64,000 bases of DNA, from assembly GCA_031376505.1 (NCBI GenBank), contig JANMDX010000256.1, forward strand, positions 8,682 to 72,681. The letters are read 5' to 3'. Shown in pieces: positions 1-10,804 of this stretch. The position numbers and the translations under genes were made by a program. The notes beneath the pieces are model-generated. The model did not search any database. It worked only from the letters and a program-made list of their open reading frames with translations, and was not told where the DNA came from. Position 1 is the stretch's first letter, and each line of letters opens with the position of its first letter. This stretch comes from Acidobacteriota bacterium (GTDB lineage Bacteria > Acidobacteriota > Vicinamibacteria > Vicinamibacterales > UBA2999).

Positions 1-1
1 G

Positions 2-643
2 GAGCAGCAGGCCCGCGACGAGCGGCGCCGCAAGAAGCAGATCGCGGTGGGCAACACCGAAACCGCTGGCGTCGAACCCGAGGCGCTCGGCGACGTGCTG
101 CGCCAACAATCCGAGCCCGAGTTCGTGTCGGCGGCCTACTTCCTGAAGTTCAAGTTCGACCCGGGCCGCTACGCGCTGGCCGGTAAGGAGCAGATCGACG
201 GCCGCGAGGTGCTGCGGGTCGAGTACTACCCGACCCGGTTGTTCGACGACCACGACTTCGACGAGGCGCGCGACCAACGCCGCGCTGACACGCCTTCGAG
301 CCGGCGCGAGCGCCGTCGGGAGCACGAGGACGCCGACGAGCGCTTCGACCGCCAGATGAACAAGGTGGCGCTCGTCACGCTGTGGGTACTGCGCGAAGAA
401 CGCCAGATCCTCCGTTACGTGTTCGACAATGTGGACATGGGCTTCCTTCCTGGCCGCAGCGTGCTGCGGGTTGACGGCCTGACGGCGTCGATGCAGATGG
501 GCGAGGCGTTCCCTGGCGTGTGGCTGCCCAAGACGGTGAACGCGCGCATGCGCTTCGGTCTGGCCGCCGGTCCCGTGGACGCGGCGTATGACATCGAATA
601 CTTCGACTACAAGCAGGCGGGCGTCACGGTGAAGGTACGATGA
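2..643 (+). CDS. Hypothetical protein, 5'-truncated by the window edge
   Basis: The reading frame is open from position 2; the listed ORF 47..643 is only its first in-window Met. The stop overlaps the ATG of the next gene (ATGA at 640-643). It contains a strongly charged D/E/R insert (SSRRERRREHEDADERFDRQ). No family was recognised with confidence. Confidence 0.5.
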   Translation, partial: EQQARDERRRKKQIAVGNTETAGVEPEALGDVLRQQSEPEFVSAAYFLKFKFDPGRYALAGKEQIDGREVLRVEYYPTRLFDDHDFDEARDQRRADTPSSRRERRREHEDADERFDRQMNKVALVTLWVLREERQILRYVFDNVDMGFLPGRSVLRVDGLTASMQMGEAFPGVWLPKTVNARMRFGLAAGPVDAAYDIEYFDYKQAGVTVKVR

Positions 644-1881
644 GCGCGGCGGTCGTCGCATGGGTGCTCGTTGCAGCGACCGCGACCGCTGGGGCCACCC
701 AGCCTGCCGATCCGCCCATCGTGGAGATTCGCGTGCACGGCAACCACGCGACGCCCGATGCCGACGTGCTGAACGTGAGCGGCCTGAAGGTTGGCGATGC
801 GGCGAGTGACGCGAACCTGGAGGCGGCGAAGGCCCGGTTGGATGCCAACGGACGCTTCGCCACGGTCGCGGTGCGCCGGCTCGCCCGGTCCATCGACGAT
901 CCGAGCGACATCATGGTCATGCTGCTCGTGGAGGAGGTGGCCGGCGCCAGCCAGGACCTGCCCCGTCCCGGCTGGCTGAGACAGGCTGGCGCCGGCCTGA
1001 TGTGGCAACCGGTGGTGCGCTACGAGGAAGGGTATGGCTTCACCTACGGGCTCCAGCCCGCCCTGGCGGACCTCTTCGGCCGCGACAGCCGCGTGCTGGT
1101 GCCGCTCACGTGGGGCGGCGAACGCCGTGCCGGTCTCGAGCTGCGTCGTGGCGTTGCGGGACCCGTCGTGTCGCGAGTCGTCGCCACGGCCGACGTCCAC
1201 CGCACCGAGCATCCGGCCTTCGACGTCGTCGAGCAGCGGACCAGCGTGCGGGTGCGCGCCGAGCGATCTCTTGGTTCGAGCCTGCGTGTGGGTGCGGCTG
1301 CCGGTCACGACCGCGTGCGCTTTGGCGACGAGCGAGGCGAGGTGACCAGCTACGCGGCCGATCTGGTGGTCGACACGCGGCTCGACCCCGCGTTTCCTCG
1401 CAACGCCGTGTGGGGACGAGCGGAACTCGCGCGCCTCGACGTGGCGACCGGCGTGCGGCGCCGGCACACGGTCGATGCACATGTGGCCGTCGGCCTCATG
1501 GCGGGGTCGGCGCTGACGGTCAGCACGTTCCAGATGTCGGCCAGCGGCGCGCTGCCCGCCTACGAGCAAGCCTTCATCGGAGGCGGTCCGTCGTTGCGCG
1601 GTTACCGGCGCGGCTACCGGGTGTCGGACAACGCGGCGGGCGTCTCGGCGTCGTGGGCGATGCCTGTCGGCTCGCCGCTCGACGTGGCCCGCACGGGCGT
1701 GCGCGTGTTCGCCGACTGGGCCGGGGTGTACGACGCCGGTACGTCCTGGCGGGACGCTGAATACGACCGCGGTATCGGCGCAGGCGTGTTCGCGCAGGCC
1801 GCCGCCTTCACTACCGGTGTCGACTTGGCCCGGGGCAACGGGCGCTGGCGGCTGCACTTCCGGATGGGCACGAAGTTCTAG
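640..1881 (+). CDS. Omp85/D15 surface-antigen family outer-membrane protein (single POTRA + beta-barrel)
   Basis: Signal peptide (MSAAVVAWVLVAATATAGA). One POTRA-like segment (IVEIRVHGNHATPDADVLNVSGLKVGD...RLDANGRFATVAV). The remainder is Gly/aromatic-rich and ends in a terminal Phe (HFRMGTKF). At 413 aa it is too short to be BamA proper. Confidence 0.7.
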   Translation: MSAAVVAWVLVAATATAGATQPADPPIVEIRVHGNHATPDADVLNVSGLKVGDAASDANLEAAKARLDANGRFATVAVRRLARSIDDPSDIMVMLLVEEVAGASQDLPRPGWLRQAGAGLMWQPVVRYEEGYGFTYGLQPALADLFGRDSRVLVPLTWGGERRAGLELRRGVAGPVVSRVVATADVHRTEHPAFDVVEQRTSVRVRAERSLGSSLRVGAAAGHDRVRFGDERGEVTSYAADLVVDTRLDPAFPRNAVWGRAELARLDVATGVRRRHTVDAHVAVGLMAGSALTVSTFQMSASGALPAYEQAFIGGGPSLRGYRRGYRVSDNAAGVSASWAMPVGSPLDVARTGVRVFADWAGVYDAGTSWRDAEYDRGIGAGVFAQAAAFTTGVDLARGNGRWRLHFRMGTKF

Positions 1882-1893
1882 GGGCCCCGGCCC

Positions 1894-2739
1894 CTAGTAG
1901 TCCCTGCTCGTCAGCACGTACTCTCGAATCGCCTGCGCCAGGCCGGCCTCGTCGTTCGACGCGGCGATCGGCAGGCCCAACGCCAGCAGCTCGGGTTCGG
2001 CGTTGCCCATCACGACGCCGGTACCCGCCCATTGCAGCATGTCCACGTCGTTGTGGTTGTCGCCGATGGCGAACACGTGGGACTGCGACACGCCGAAGTG
2101 GGCCGCCACCTGCGCGAGCGCGCCGCCCTTGGTGGCACCAAGGGCATTGACGTCAACGAGCGTGAAGTCACGTGCAGGATAGGCGGTCACCGACACCGAC
2201 GCGCCCTCGGTCACGCCCTCGGCGCCAAGCGCCTCGATGAGCGACGCCATGGCCACGGAGGGTCCATTGAACGCCACCTGCACCGGGTCGTGGTCCTCGC
2301 AGGCAGACTCCAGATCGTCTACGGTCTGCACCAGGTGCCGGATCTTCTTGTAGTAGCCGCGGCGGTTGGGATGATCCCACGAGAGCGTGTCGACCATCGT
2401 CTGTCCCGCCCCGTCGCGGTCAAACTGCACGAGCGTCGAACTGCGCCAGGCACGCGTGCCTGCAAGCACGCGACGGGCCGTGGCACGCGGCAGGTGGCGG
2501 GTCGCCAGCGTGGGCCCGCCGCGCACGCGCGCGACGGCCCCGTTGTACGCCACGACCGTGAGTGGGTCGGGCAGGCCAATCACCGCGGGCAACGCGAACG
2601 GATAGCTGCGACCGGTGATGACGACCAGGTGAATCCCCCGCGCGGCAGCCTCATGAAGCGCCGCGAGGTTCGGTTCTGGTACGTCACCATGACGATTGAG
2701 AAGCGTCCCGTCGACGTCGAGGGCGATGAGTCGAGTCAC
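1894..2739 (-). CDS. Cof-type HAD-IIB family hydrolase/phosphatase
   Basis: DxDGT motif at the N-terminus (IALDVDGTLL) and GDxxND near the C-terminus (AIGDNHNDVDM). The GTG start overlaps the stop of the upstream gene (GTGA). Confidence 0.85.
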   Translation of the reverse strand: MTRLIALDVDGTLLNRHGDVPEPNLAALHEAAARGIHLVVITGRSYPFALPAVIGLPDPLTVVAYNGAVARVRGGPTLATRHLPRATARRVLAGTRAWRSSTLVQFDRDGAGQTMVDTLSWDHPNRRGYYKKIRHLVQTVDDLESACEDHDPVQVAFNGPSVAMASLIEALGAEGVTEGASVSVTAYPARDFTLVDVNALGATKGGALAQVAAHFGVSQSHVFAIGDNHNDVDMLQWAGTGVVMGNAEPELLALGLPIAASNDEAGLAQAIREYVLTSRDY

Positions 2740-3170
2740 CCGGTGATGCGCTTCACGAATGCGTCGTATGCCTCTGGGTTCTTGGCTTTCATGTGGGCGG
2801 CGTACTCCAGCCCGACGCGCTCGAGGTTGGCCATGTACGACGGGTCCTTGTACCCATCACGAATCCCTGCCAGCACGGGCCGCATCCGCTCGAACACGAG
2901 GAGCAGCTCGCGGCCACTCTGGAAAAACAGGTCCTGGTTGAGCACTCCTGTCACGACAAACGACGCCACCATGTCCCAATAGGAGATGACCATCCGGTAC
3001 GACGCGTTCTCGCCGCTGCCAGGCGGCACCAGCGTCGCCAGCTCTTCCCATGTCTTTGGGCGGAAGTGCGCGGTAAACCACGCGCGCGCTTCGCGCATGC
3101 GGTCTTCGCGGCGCATTTCGTAGAGACGCAGTATCAGATTCGCGTCGTCGTAGGTCGGTCGAGCGGTCAT
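2736..3170 (-). CDS. Conserved-looking hypothetical protein (144 aa)
   Basis: Only the last 144 codons of track ORF 2736..4442 have protein-like composition (MTARPTYDDANLILRLYEMRREDRMREARAWF...). ATG is at 3168-3170. The upstream part of that ORF is antisense to sucA. Confidence 0.6.
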   Translation of the reverse strand: MTARPTYDDANLILRLYEMRREDRMREARAWFTAHFRPKTWEELATLVPPGSGENASYRMVISYWDMVASFVVTGVLNQDLFFQSGRELLLVFERMRPVLAGIRDGYKDPSYMANLERVGLEYAAHMKAKNPEAYDAFVKRITG

Positions 3171-3221
3171 CACGGTTCGCCCCCAGGGAAATGAAACAGC
3201 CTGCACTACAATCATTGAGCC

Positions 3222-6029
3222 ATGAATTCGTGGGACCAGTTTACCGGGGCCAACGCCGGGTACGTACTCGAACTCTTCGAACGCTACCAACAGGATCCGA
3301 TGTCGGTCGACAGCGACACACGCGCGGCGTTCCTCGCGTGGACTCCGCCGGTCGTGGGCGCACCCGTCGCGACCGCGGCCGCGAATGCGACCGATACGGC
3401 GGCGGCCATTGCCGCGGTCACACTCGCCGAATCTATCCGGCGCTACGGCCACCTTGCGGCGACCCTGGACCCTATCGGCTACCACCGGCCGGTCGGCGAT
3501 CCCTCGCTGCACCCGCACGCGCACGGCCTCACCACCGACGCCCTGCGCGCACTGCCGGCGAGCATTATCGGCGGGCCCGTCGCGGCCGGCGCCGCAAGCG
3601 CGTTCGAGGCTGTCGAACGGTTGCGGGAGGTCTACTGTGCCACGAGCGGCCACGACTTCGCCCAGGTCTTCGTGCCCGACGAGCGCGTGTGGCTGCGCCA
3701 GTCGGTCGAAGCACGACGTTTCCGTCCGCCGGCCGATCCGATCGAGAACCGCGAACTGCTCAACCGGATTACCCAGGTCGAAGTGTTCGAGCGTTTCCTG
3801 CAGCGCACATTCCCCGGCAAGACGCGCTTCTCGATCGAAGGGCTCGATCTGATGATTCCCGTGCTCGATGAGATCATCGCCGACGCGGCCGCCTCGGGCG
3901 TGCGCCACGTGATGATCGCCATGGCGCACCGCGGACGGCTCAACGTGCTCGCGCACGTGATGCGAAAGCCCTACGCGCAGATCCTCGCGGAGTTCAAAGA
4001 CCCGCTCTTCTCGCGCAGCAGCCGGATCGACCTCGGCTGGATGGGCGACGTGAAGTACCACGCCGGTGCCCGTGTGGAAGATCCCGATCGTCCCACGACC
4101 CTCGTGATCACGATGCCGCCCAACCCCAGCCATCTCGAAGCGGTCGATCCCGTGCTCGTGGGCATGACGCGGGCCGCCGCCACTTCGGTCGACGCGCCCG
4201 GCGCGCCACGGCTGCGCACCAATGAGGTGCTCGGTATCCTGATTCACGGCGACGCCGCCTTCCCCGGCCAGGGCATCGTGGCGGAGACCCTGAATCTCTC
4301 GCGGCTCACCGGCTGGGACGTCGGCGGCACGATTCACATCATCGCGAACAACCAGCTGGGCTTCACGGCCGAGCCGCACGAGTCGTTCTCGACCAGCTAC
4401 GCAAGCGGCCTCGCACGCGGCTTCAAGGTGCCCATCGTGCACGTCAACGCCGACGATCCGGTCGCGTCAATCGAAGCGGCGCGGTTGGCGTGGGCCTATC
4501 GCGAGCGGTTCGGCCTGGATTTCCTGATCGACCTCGTGGGCTATCGCCGCCACGGCCACAACGAGGGCGACGAAGCGGCGTTCACGCAGCCGTTGCTCTA
4601 CCAGCGCGTAGCCGAGCATCCCACGGTGCGGCAGCAGTATGCCGCGGCGCTCGTTGCGGCCGGCGCCCTGCCTGCGGCAGCGCCCGACGAACTCGTGGCC
4701 GCTCATGCCGCGCTCATGGAAGGGGCCTACGCAAACCTCCAGCCAGAGGCCCACTACGTGCCCGAGGTGCCGGTCGTGCCGCCAAGCGGCGCCGCGGCGC
4801 GGGTGGTCACGGCGGTGCCGCTCGCGCGGCTCGTGGCGCTCAACGAAGCACTGGCCCAGGTGCCAAGCGGCTTCACGGTGCACAAGAAGCTCGAACGCGG
4901 GCGCGAGCGCAAGAAAGCCATGCTGGCTGCGCCGGCCGAACGGACCATCGACTGGGCCGCCGCCGAAGAACTGGCGATGGCCTCGGTGCTGGCCGACGGC
5001 ATCGCCATTCGCTTCACCGGCGAAGACGTCGAGCGCGGCACGTTCAGCCACCGCCATGCGGTACTGCACGACGCCGTGACGGGCGAGCGTCATACCCCGC
5101 TGCAGGCGCTGCCGCAGGCCACGGCGGCCTTCGAGATCCACAACAGCGCGCTCTCGGAGCTGGCCGTGATCGGCTTCGAACTGGGCTACAACCTGCAGGA
5201 GCCCCGACGGCTCGTAGTGTGGGAGGCACAGTACGGCGACTTCATCAACGGCGCGCAGACGATCCTCGACGAGTACCTGATGTCGGGTCGGGCGAAGTGG
5301 GGCATGGCGCCCTCGCTCGTGCTGCTGCTGCCGCATGGCTACGAAGGACAGGGCCCGGATCACTCGAGCGCTCGCGTAGAGCGCTTTCTGCAGCTGGCCG
5401 CCGACCTCAACGTGCGCATCGTCAACTGCACGACGGCCGCGCAGTACTTCCACGTGCTGCGCCGCCAGGCGTTGCTGCTCGGCACCGACCCGCTGCCGCT
5501 CATCGTGCTCACGCCAAAGAGTCTGCTGCGCCACCCGCTCGTGGCATCGGCGGCGCAGGACCTGGCCGAGGGCGGGTTCCAGAAGGTGATCCAGGACGAG
5601 CAGGCCGTCGCGAGCCCCTCGAAGGTGCGGCGCGTGGTCGTCTGCAGCGGCAAGGTCTATGTCGACCTGGTCGGCAGCGAGCAGCGCAAGAACGACACCA
5701 GCGTGGCGCTTGTGCGCCTCGAGCAGCTCTATCCGTTCCCCTCCGAGCAGTTGCGGGACGCGCTCGAGCGGTACTCCAGGCTGCAAGAGGTGTGCTGGGT
5801 GCAGGAAGAGCCCGAGAACATGGGCGCATGGGATTCTGTGCGGCCAGAGTTGGAGCAGCTGATCGCCGGGCGCTGGCCGCTGCGGTACGTGGGGCGGGTG
5901 CGCAACTCGAGCCCGTCGGAAGGCTCGGCGGCGTGGCACCACGTCAATCAGCGTGCGGTCGTCGCGCAGGCGTTTGAAGAGAAGGCGGACGTCGGCGCGG
6001 CCAATCGAGTGATGTCCAAGCAGGTGTAA
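3222..6029 (+). CDS. sucA: 2-oxoglutarate dehydrogenase E1 component
   Basis: 935 aa with the typical N-terminus [22 protein letters not shown] and a ThDP-enzyme core ([19 protein letters not shown]; [12 protein letters not shown]). Immediately followed by the E2 gene. Confidence 0.95.
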   Translation: MNSWDQFTGANAGYVLELFERYQQDPMSVDSDTRAAFLAWTPPVVGAPVATAAANATDTAAAIAAVTLAESIRRYGHLAATLDPIGYHRPVGDPSLHPHAHGLTTDALRALPASIIGGPVAAGAASAFEAVERLREVYCATSGHDFAQVFVPDERVWLRQSVEARRFRPPADPIENRELLNRITQVEVFERFLQRTFPGKTRFSIEGLDLMIPVLDEIIADAAASGVRHVMIAMAHRGRLNVLAHVMRKPYAQILAEFKDPLFSRSSRIDLGWMGDVKYHAGARVEDPDRPTTLVITMPPNPSHLEAVDPVLVGMTRAAATSVDAPGAPRLRTNEVLGILIHGDAAFPGQGIVAETLNLSRLTGWDVGGTIHIIANNQLGFTAEPHESFSTSYASGLARGFKVPIVHVNADDPVASIEAARLAWAYRERFGLDFLIDLVGYRRHGHNEGDEAAFTQPLLYQRVAEHPTVRQQYAAALVAAGALPAAAPDELVAAHAALMEGAYANLQPEAHYVPEVPVVPPSGAAARVVTAVPLARLVALNEALAQVPSGFTVHKKLERGRERKKAMLAAPAERTIDWAAAEELAMASVLADGIAIRFTGEDVERGTFSHRHAVLHDAVTGERHTPLQALPQATAAFEIHNSALSELAVIGFELGYNLQEPRRLVVWEAQYGDFINGAQTILDEYLMSGRAKWGMAPSLVLLLPHGYEGQGPDHSSARVERFLQLAADLNVRIVNCTTAAQYFHVLRRQALLLGTDPLPLIVLTPKSLLRHPLVASAAQDLAEGGFQKVIQDEQAVASPSKVRRVVVCSGKVYVDLVGSEQRKNDTSVALVRLEQLYPFPSEQLRDALERYSRLQEVCWVQEEPENMGAWDSVRPELEQLIAGRWPLRYVGRVRNSSPSEGSAAWHHVNQRAVVAQAFEEKADVGAANRVMSKQV

Positions 6030-6076
6030 TTGCGCAGCGGCTAGCGACTAGCAGCTGGCGGCGAAGGGATGCGACA

Positions 6077-7273
6077 GTGAACATCGTAGTGCCGGAACTC
6101 GGTGAGTCGGTGGTTGAGGCCCGCATCGCGCGGTGGCTCAAGAACGAAGGCGATCAGGTGGCGCTCGGCGAGCCGCTGGTGGAGCTCGAGACCGAGAAAA
6201 TCGACCTCGAGGTGAGCGCCGATCGGGCCGGCGTGCTGACCAGCATCAAGCATCAAAACGGCGCCGACGTGAAGGTTGGCGAAGTACTGGCCGTGCTCGA
6301 TCCGTCCCAGGCCGCAGCCGTGCCCGCGGTGGTCACGCCCATCGCGGTGCCGGCTTCCGAGGCTTCCGCGGCCTCGAGTACCCCGAAGGCCACGCCCACG
6401 GCCAAGAATGTGGCGCGCGAGCACGACGTGAAGCTGGAGGCAGTGCCGGCCAGCGGTCCCCGCGTGACCAAGCAGGACGTCCGCGAGTTCGTGTCGGGGT
6501 CGACACCCGCCCCATCCGCGCCGGCCAAGGCCGCTCCGGCGCCGCGGCCCGCGGCGCCGCGGGCGGCCGGTGAGCGCGTCGAAGAGCGCGTGCGTATGAC
6601 GAAGCGCCGGTCCACGATTGCCCGCCGGCTGGTCGAGGCGCAGCGCACGGCGGCCATGCTGACGACGTTCAACGAAGTGGACATGAGCGCCGTCATGGCC
6701 CTGCGCGAGCGCCGCAAGGAGGGCTTCCAGAAGAAGTTCGGCGTCGGCCTCGGCATCGCGTCCTTCTTCGTGAAGGCGGCGGTCGGCGCGCTCAAGGCAT
6801 TCCCTGAACTGAACGCCGAGATTCAGGGCGATGAAGTCGTCTACAAGCGGTACTACGACATTGGCGTGGCGGTCGGCGCCGAGGGCGGCCTGGTCGTGCC
6901 GGTGCTGCGCAACACCGACCAGATGTCGTTTGCCGGGGTGGAACTCGGCATCCGCGATTTCGCGGCGCGCGCGGGCAACGGCACCCTCACGCTCGAAGAC
7001 TTGAAGGGCGGCACCTTCACCATCACCAACGGCGGGGTCTTCGGATCGATGATGAGCACGCCGATCCTGAATCCACCGCAAGTGGGCATTCTGGGGCTGC
7101 ACAAGATCGCCGATCGCGCCATGGCCGTGAACGGTGAAGTCGTGATCCGCCCGATGATGTACCTGGCCCTCAGCTACGACCACCGTCTGGTCGATGGCCG
7201 CGAGGCCGTGCAGTTCCTCGTGAAGATCAAGGAATACATCGAAGATCCCGCCTGGTTGCTGGTCGAAGGCTGA
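6077..7273 (+). CDS. sucB: Dihydrolipoyllysine-residue succinyltransferase (2-oxoglutarate dehydrogenase E2)
   Basis: Lipoyl domain with the lipoyl-Lys motif ([12 protein letters not shown]), an Ala/Pro-rich linker, and a catalytic domain with the active-site SYDHRLVDG. Confidence 0.95.
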   Translation: MNIVVPELGESVVEARIARWLKNEGDQVALGEPLVELETEKIDLEVSADRAGVLTSIKHQNGADVKVGEVLAVLDPSQAAAVPAVVTPIAVPASEASAASSTPKATPTAKNVAREHDVKLEAVPASGPRVTKQDVREFVSGSTPAPSAPAKAAPAPRPAAPRAAGERVEERVRMTKRRSTIARRLVEAQRTAAMLTTFNEVDMSAVMALRERRKEGFQKKFGVGLGIASFFVKAAVGALKAFPELNAEIQGDEVVYKRYYDIGVAVGAEGGLVVPVLRNTDQMSFAGVELGIRDFAARAGNGTLTLEDLKGGTFTITNGGVFGSMMSTPILNPPQVGILGLHKIADRAMAVNGEVVIRPMMYLALSYDHRLVDGREAVQFLVKIKEYIEDPAWLLVEG

Positions 7274-7293
7274 GGTCAGTTGCAGTAAGATTG

Positions 7294-7315
7294 CCGGGCC
7301 TCCCCAGAGGTCCGG
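7294..7315 (+). terminator. Possible stem-loop after sucB (no U-tract)
   Basis: CCGGGCCTC-CCCA-GAGGTCCGG forms a 9-bp stem including one G-U pair. It lies 20 nt after the sucB stop and 4 nt before the next start. No T-run follows, so its function is uncertain. Confidence 0.3.
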
Positions 7316-7318
7316 ACC

Positions 7319-7891
7319 GTGGAATCACCTAGCGCAACCATCCTGCTCCATGCGTGGCGGGGCGGCGAGGCAACCGCTCTCGATCGCCTGCTGCCGCTCG
7401 TCTACGACGAGCTTGCCCGCATTGCCCGCGGCGCGCTGCGGTCGGAGCGCCCGGACCACACGCTGCAGACTCGCGCACTCGTCCACGAAGCCTATTTGCG
7501 GCTCATCGACGCCGACGTCTCGTGGCAGGACAAGGCGCATTTCATGGCCGTGGCCGCACGTACGATGCGGCGCGTGCTGGTGGACCATGCGCGCAGCCGG
7601 CGCCGGCAGAAACGCGGCGGGGGCGCCGTGAAAGTGGAGCTCGAAGACGTGGCCGCAGTCATCGCGGCGCCCTCGGTGGACGTCCTCGACCTGCACGACG
7701 TGCTCGAGCGGCTGGCCGAGTTCGACGCACGCAAGGCCAGCATCGTCGAGCTGCACTTCTTCGGCGGGCTGAGCTACGACGAAACCGCGGAAGCCGTGGG
7801 CGTGTCGGCGGCGACCGTGGACCGCGAGCTGCGGATGGCCAAGGCGTGGCTCCGCCACGAGCTCACGATACGCGGCAGCGCCGTCGAGTAG
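7319..7891 (+). CDS. ECF-type RNA polymerase sigma factor (kinase-associated subgroup)
   Basis: Region 2 (HEAYLRL) and region 4 HTH (SYDETAEAVGVSAATVDRELRMAKAWL). The N-terminus LLHAWRGGEATALDRLLPLVYDEL is typical of ECF sigmas that are genomically paired with Ser/Thr kinases. Confidence 0.9.
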   Translation: MESPSATILLHAWRGGEATALDRLLPLVYDELARIARGALRSERPDHTLQTRALVHEAYLRLIDADVSWQDKAHFMAVAARTMRRVLVDHARSRRRQKRGGGAVKVELEDVAAVIAAPSVDVLDLHDVLERLAEFDARKASIVELHFFGGLSYDETAEAVGVSAATVDRELRMAKAWLRHELTIRGSAVE

Positions 7892-7924
7892 CCGCGACGC
7901 CTTCGGGCGGAAGGGAGTGGTCGT

Positions 7925-10804
7925 ATGACCCCCGAACGTTGGGCGGCCGCACAGGCGTTATTCGAGGCGGCCCTAGCCTGCCCCGACGACGCCCGGGCCG
8001 CGCTCGTGGATCGCGAGGCCTCCGACCGCGAGCTAGCCGAGCTTGTGCACGGCCTGATTGCTGCTGACATCGAAGAACACGCGGGACGACCCCTCGTCGG
8101 GGTCATCAGCGATGCGGTCGCCGAGGCCACCACCACCCCGCGCCCGCCGCTCGAGCGCCTGGGGCCTTACAAGCTCGTGAAGATGCTGGGCGAAGGGGGC
8201 ATGGGCGCCGTCTACCTGGCGGAACGCGATGACGACGAGTTCCTGCAGCAAGTGGCGATCAAGGTGGTGCGCGGGCTGCTCGATCCGGAGCGCGTGCGCC
8301 AGTTCCGCGCCGAGCGCCAGATCCTGGCGTGGCTCGAACACCCGAATATCGCCCGCCTGCTCGACGGCGGCACGACACCAGAGGGCCTCCCCTACCTGGT
8401 CATGGAGCAGGTGGAAGGCGTGCCGATCGATCAGCACTGCGACACGCAGCAACTGTCGGTCGAGGATCGGCTGCGGCTGTTCTTGGAGGTCTGTGATGCG
8501 GTCAGCCACGCGCACCGCAGCCTGATCGTGCACCGCGACATCAAGCCCAGCAACATCATGGTGACCGCCGAGGGCGTGCCCAAGCTGCTCGACTTCGGCA
8601 TCGCGCGCCTCACGCTTGAAGGCGCGCCGGATGCGCCGGCCCCGCCCCAGGGGCGGATGCTGACCCCCGACTACGCCAGTCCGGAGGTCGTGCGCGGCGA
8701 ACACGTCACCACGTCGGCCGACGTGTATGCGCTCGGCGTGCTGCTCTACGAGCTCATGACGGGTGCCCGCCCTCATCGCTTTGCAACGATGACGAGCGCG
8801 GAGATCGAGCGCGTGGTGTGTCACGTGACGCCGAGCCGCCCGAGCGTCGCGGCCGTCGAGCCCATGCCGCGCGCTTCGGAGCCGGCTGAGCGGGCCCGGG
8901 TGCGGCGGTTGACGCCGAGCCGACTCAGTGCGCGGCTGGCAGGCGACCTCGACGCCGTCATCGGCATGGCGCTGCACAAGCAGCAGGCCGAACGGTATCC
9001 GTCGGTCGAAGCACTGGCCGCGGACCTCCGGCGTCACCTCGATCACCGCCCCGTGCGGGCCCGCGAGGCCACCTGGAGGTACGTGGCCGCGCGCTTCGGG
9101 TCGCGCCACCGCTTCGGCGTGGGCGCGGCGGCGTTGCTGCTGCTGGTCGTCGGCACGGCGGCCGTCGGCTTCTCAGTGCAAGCCGCCCGGCTGGCCGAAG
9201 AACGTGACCGGACCGCGCGCGAGCGCGATACGGCGCAGCAGGTGGTCTCGTTCCTGACGGGCCTGTTCGTCGTCTCTGACCCCGATCGGACCGGAGCTGA
9301 GCCCATCACGGCGCGGGAGCTGCTCGACCGTGGCGCCGAGCGCCTCGACACGGAACTGGCGGGGCAGCCGGTCGTGCAGGCCCGTCTGCTCGGCACCATC
9401 GGCACCGTCTACGGCAGCCTGGGCATCTACGATCGGTCGGCGGCCCTGCTCGAACGTGGGCTCGAGCTGCGCCGCTCGACGCTCGGGCGAGACCACGAAG
9501 AGACTGCGACGTCCATGGAGGAGCTGGCGGAGGCCTACCGCGAGCTAGCGCGCCTCGAGGAAGCCGAGACGCTGCACCGCGAGGCGCTGGCGTTGAAGCG
9601 GCGGGTCGGGGCCTCGCCTTCGTCGGTGGCCTCATCGCTCAACAACCTGGGGCTCACTCTGAGCGAGCGTGGACGCTACGGCGATGCCGAGCCCCTGCTG
9701 CGCGAGGCCATCGAGACCTGGCGCGCTCACGATGGGCCGACGGCCGAGGTCGTGGCCGTGGGCCTGAACAACCTCGCGTCGATTGTGCGCCAGCAGGGGC
9801 GGCTCGACGACGCGGTGCCGATGCTGGAACAAGCGATCGCCATCCGGCGGCAGCGGCACGGCAACGGACACCCGGCCCTGGCGCAGGTGCTCGGCCATCT
9901 GGGTCAGGTGTTCAACGCGAAGGGCGAATTCAACAAGGCCGAGCCGCTCTTGCGCGAGGCCCTGGCCATTCGCCGACGCGCGTACGGCGACGACCACCCC
10001 GATACCCTCACCGCCCTGAACAACCTCACGTCGCTCCTGCACGACCAAGGCGACCTGGCTGCGGCCGAGCCGTTGTACCGGGCGGCGCTGGCGAGCGTCG
10101 GCAAGCGGTTGGGCACGACACACCCAGACTACGCCGTGCAGCTCAGCAATCTCGCGACCCTGCTCGAGGACGAGTGCCGATACGACGAGGCCGAGCGTCT
10201 CTATCGGGAGTCGCTCGCGGTACGGCAGCTCGCCTACGGCGCCGAACATGCGGCCGTCGCTCGCGTGCAGCACCACCTCGGGCGCGTGCTGCTCAAGATG
10301 GGGCGCACGGGCGAAGCTGATCCGTTGCTACACGCGGCGCTTGCGGTACGACGCAGGACACTGCCTGCCGGGCACTACGAAATTGCCCTCAGCATGGCCG
10401 TGCTCGGGGAGGCCGCGGCGGCCGATGGACGGCCCACCGAAGGAGTCCGGTTGCTGCAGGAGGCGCTCGAGCTGCAGCGCGCAAGTCTCGGCTCGGGCCA
10501 TCCGGCGGTGGCAGACTCCCTACTGGCGCTGTCGGCGCTCAAGCGCCAACTGCGCAATCCTGCCGCCGCGGTAGACCTGGCCACGGAGGCGATGGCCATC
10601 CGCACTGCGAAACTGCCAGAGGGACACTGGAAGCTGGCCACTGCCAAGATCGAGCTGGCGGCTGTCTTCGTCGCACTGGGCCGGATTCAAGACGCACAGC
10701 CGCTCTTGACTCAGGCTGTGGCGGTGCTGACGGCCCGGCTCGGCGAACACGACCCGAGGGCCGCCGAGGCTCGCAGGCTGCTGAGTGCGGCGGGCCACGG
10801 CTGA
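7925..10804 (+). CDS. Ser/Thr protein kinase with one TM segment and a long TPR array
   Basis: Hanks motifs: GEGGMGAVYLA, VAIK, HRDIKPSN, LLDFGIA, YASPEV. TM segment GVGAAALLLLVVGTAAVGF. The C-terminal roughly 500 aa carries repeated TPR-like units (NNLG/NNLA...Y.EAL). Confidence 0.9.
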   Translation: MTPERWAAAQALFEAALACPDDARAALVDREASDRELAELVHGLIAADIEEHAGRPLVGVISDAVAEATTTPRPPLERLGPYKLVKMLGEGGMGAVYLAERDDDEFLQQVAIKVVRGLLDPERVRQFRAERQILAWLEHPNIARLLDGGTTPEGLPYLVMEQVEGVPIDQHCDTQQLSVEDRLRLFLEVCDAVSHAHRSLIVHRDIKPSNIMVTAEGVPKLLDFGIARLTLEGAPDAPAPPQGRMLTPDYASPEVVRGEHVTTSADVYALGVLLYELMTGARPHRFATMTSAEIERVVCHVTPSRPSVAAVEPMPRASEPAERARVRRLTPSRLSARLAGDLDAVIGMALHKQQAERYPSVEALAADLRRHLDHRPVRAREATWRYVAARFGSRHRFGVGAAALLLLVVGTAAVGFSVQAARLAEERDRTARERDTAQQVVSFLTGLFVVSDPDRTGAEPITARELLDRGAERLDTELAGQPVVQARLLGTIGTVYGSLGIYDRSAALLERGLELRRSTLGRDHEETATSMEELAEAYRELARLEEAETLHREALALKRRVGASPSSVASSLNNLGLTLSERGRYGDAEPLLREAIETWRAHDGPTAEVVAVGLNNLASIVRQQGRLDDAVPMLEQAIAIRRQRHGNGHPALAQVLGHLGQVFNAKGEFNKAEPLLREALAIRRRAYGDDHPDTLTALNNLTSLLHDQGDLAAAEPLYRAALASVGKRLGTTHPDYAVQLSNLATLLEDECRYDEAERLYRESLAVRQLAYGAEHAAVARVQHHLGRVLLKMGRTGEADPLLHAALAVRRRTLPAGHYEIALSMAVLGEAAAADGRPTEGVRLLQEALELQRASLGSGHPAVADSLLALSALKRQLRNPAAAVDLATEAMAIRTAKLPEGHWKLATAKIELAAVFVALGRIQDAQPLLTQAVAVLTARLGEHDPRAAEARRLLSAAGHG

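Noticed and set aside
607-1857. 416-aa minus-strand ORF (and several others) overlapping the Omp85-family gene
   Set aside because: Its Arg/Ala/Gly/Pro-rich, low-complexity translation is typical of shadow frames in high-GC DNA. The plus-strand frame has clear family motifs.
3171-4442. N-terminal 424 codons of track ORF 2736..4442 (-)
   Set aside because: This part is antisense to sucA and lacks protein-like composition. The real gene is only the last 144 codons, starting at ATG 3170.
4467-5977. Long ORFs 4467..5942 (-) and 4490..5977 (+) inside sucA
   Set aside because: They are alternative or antisense frames of an unambiguous sucA coding region. Their translations are Arg/Gly/Ala-rich nonsense.
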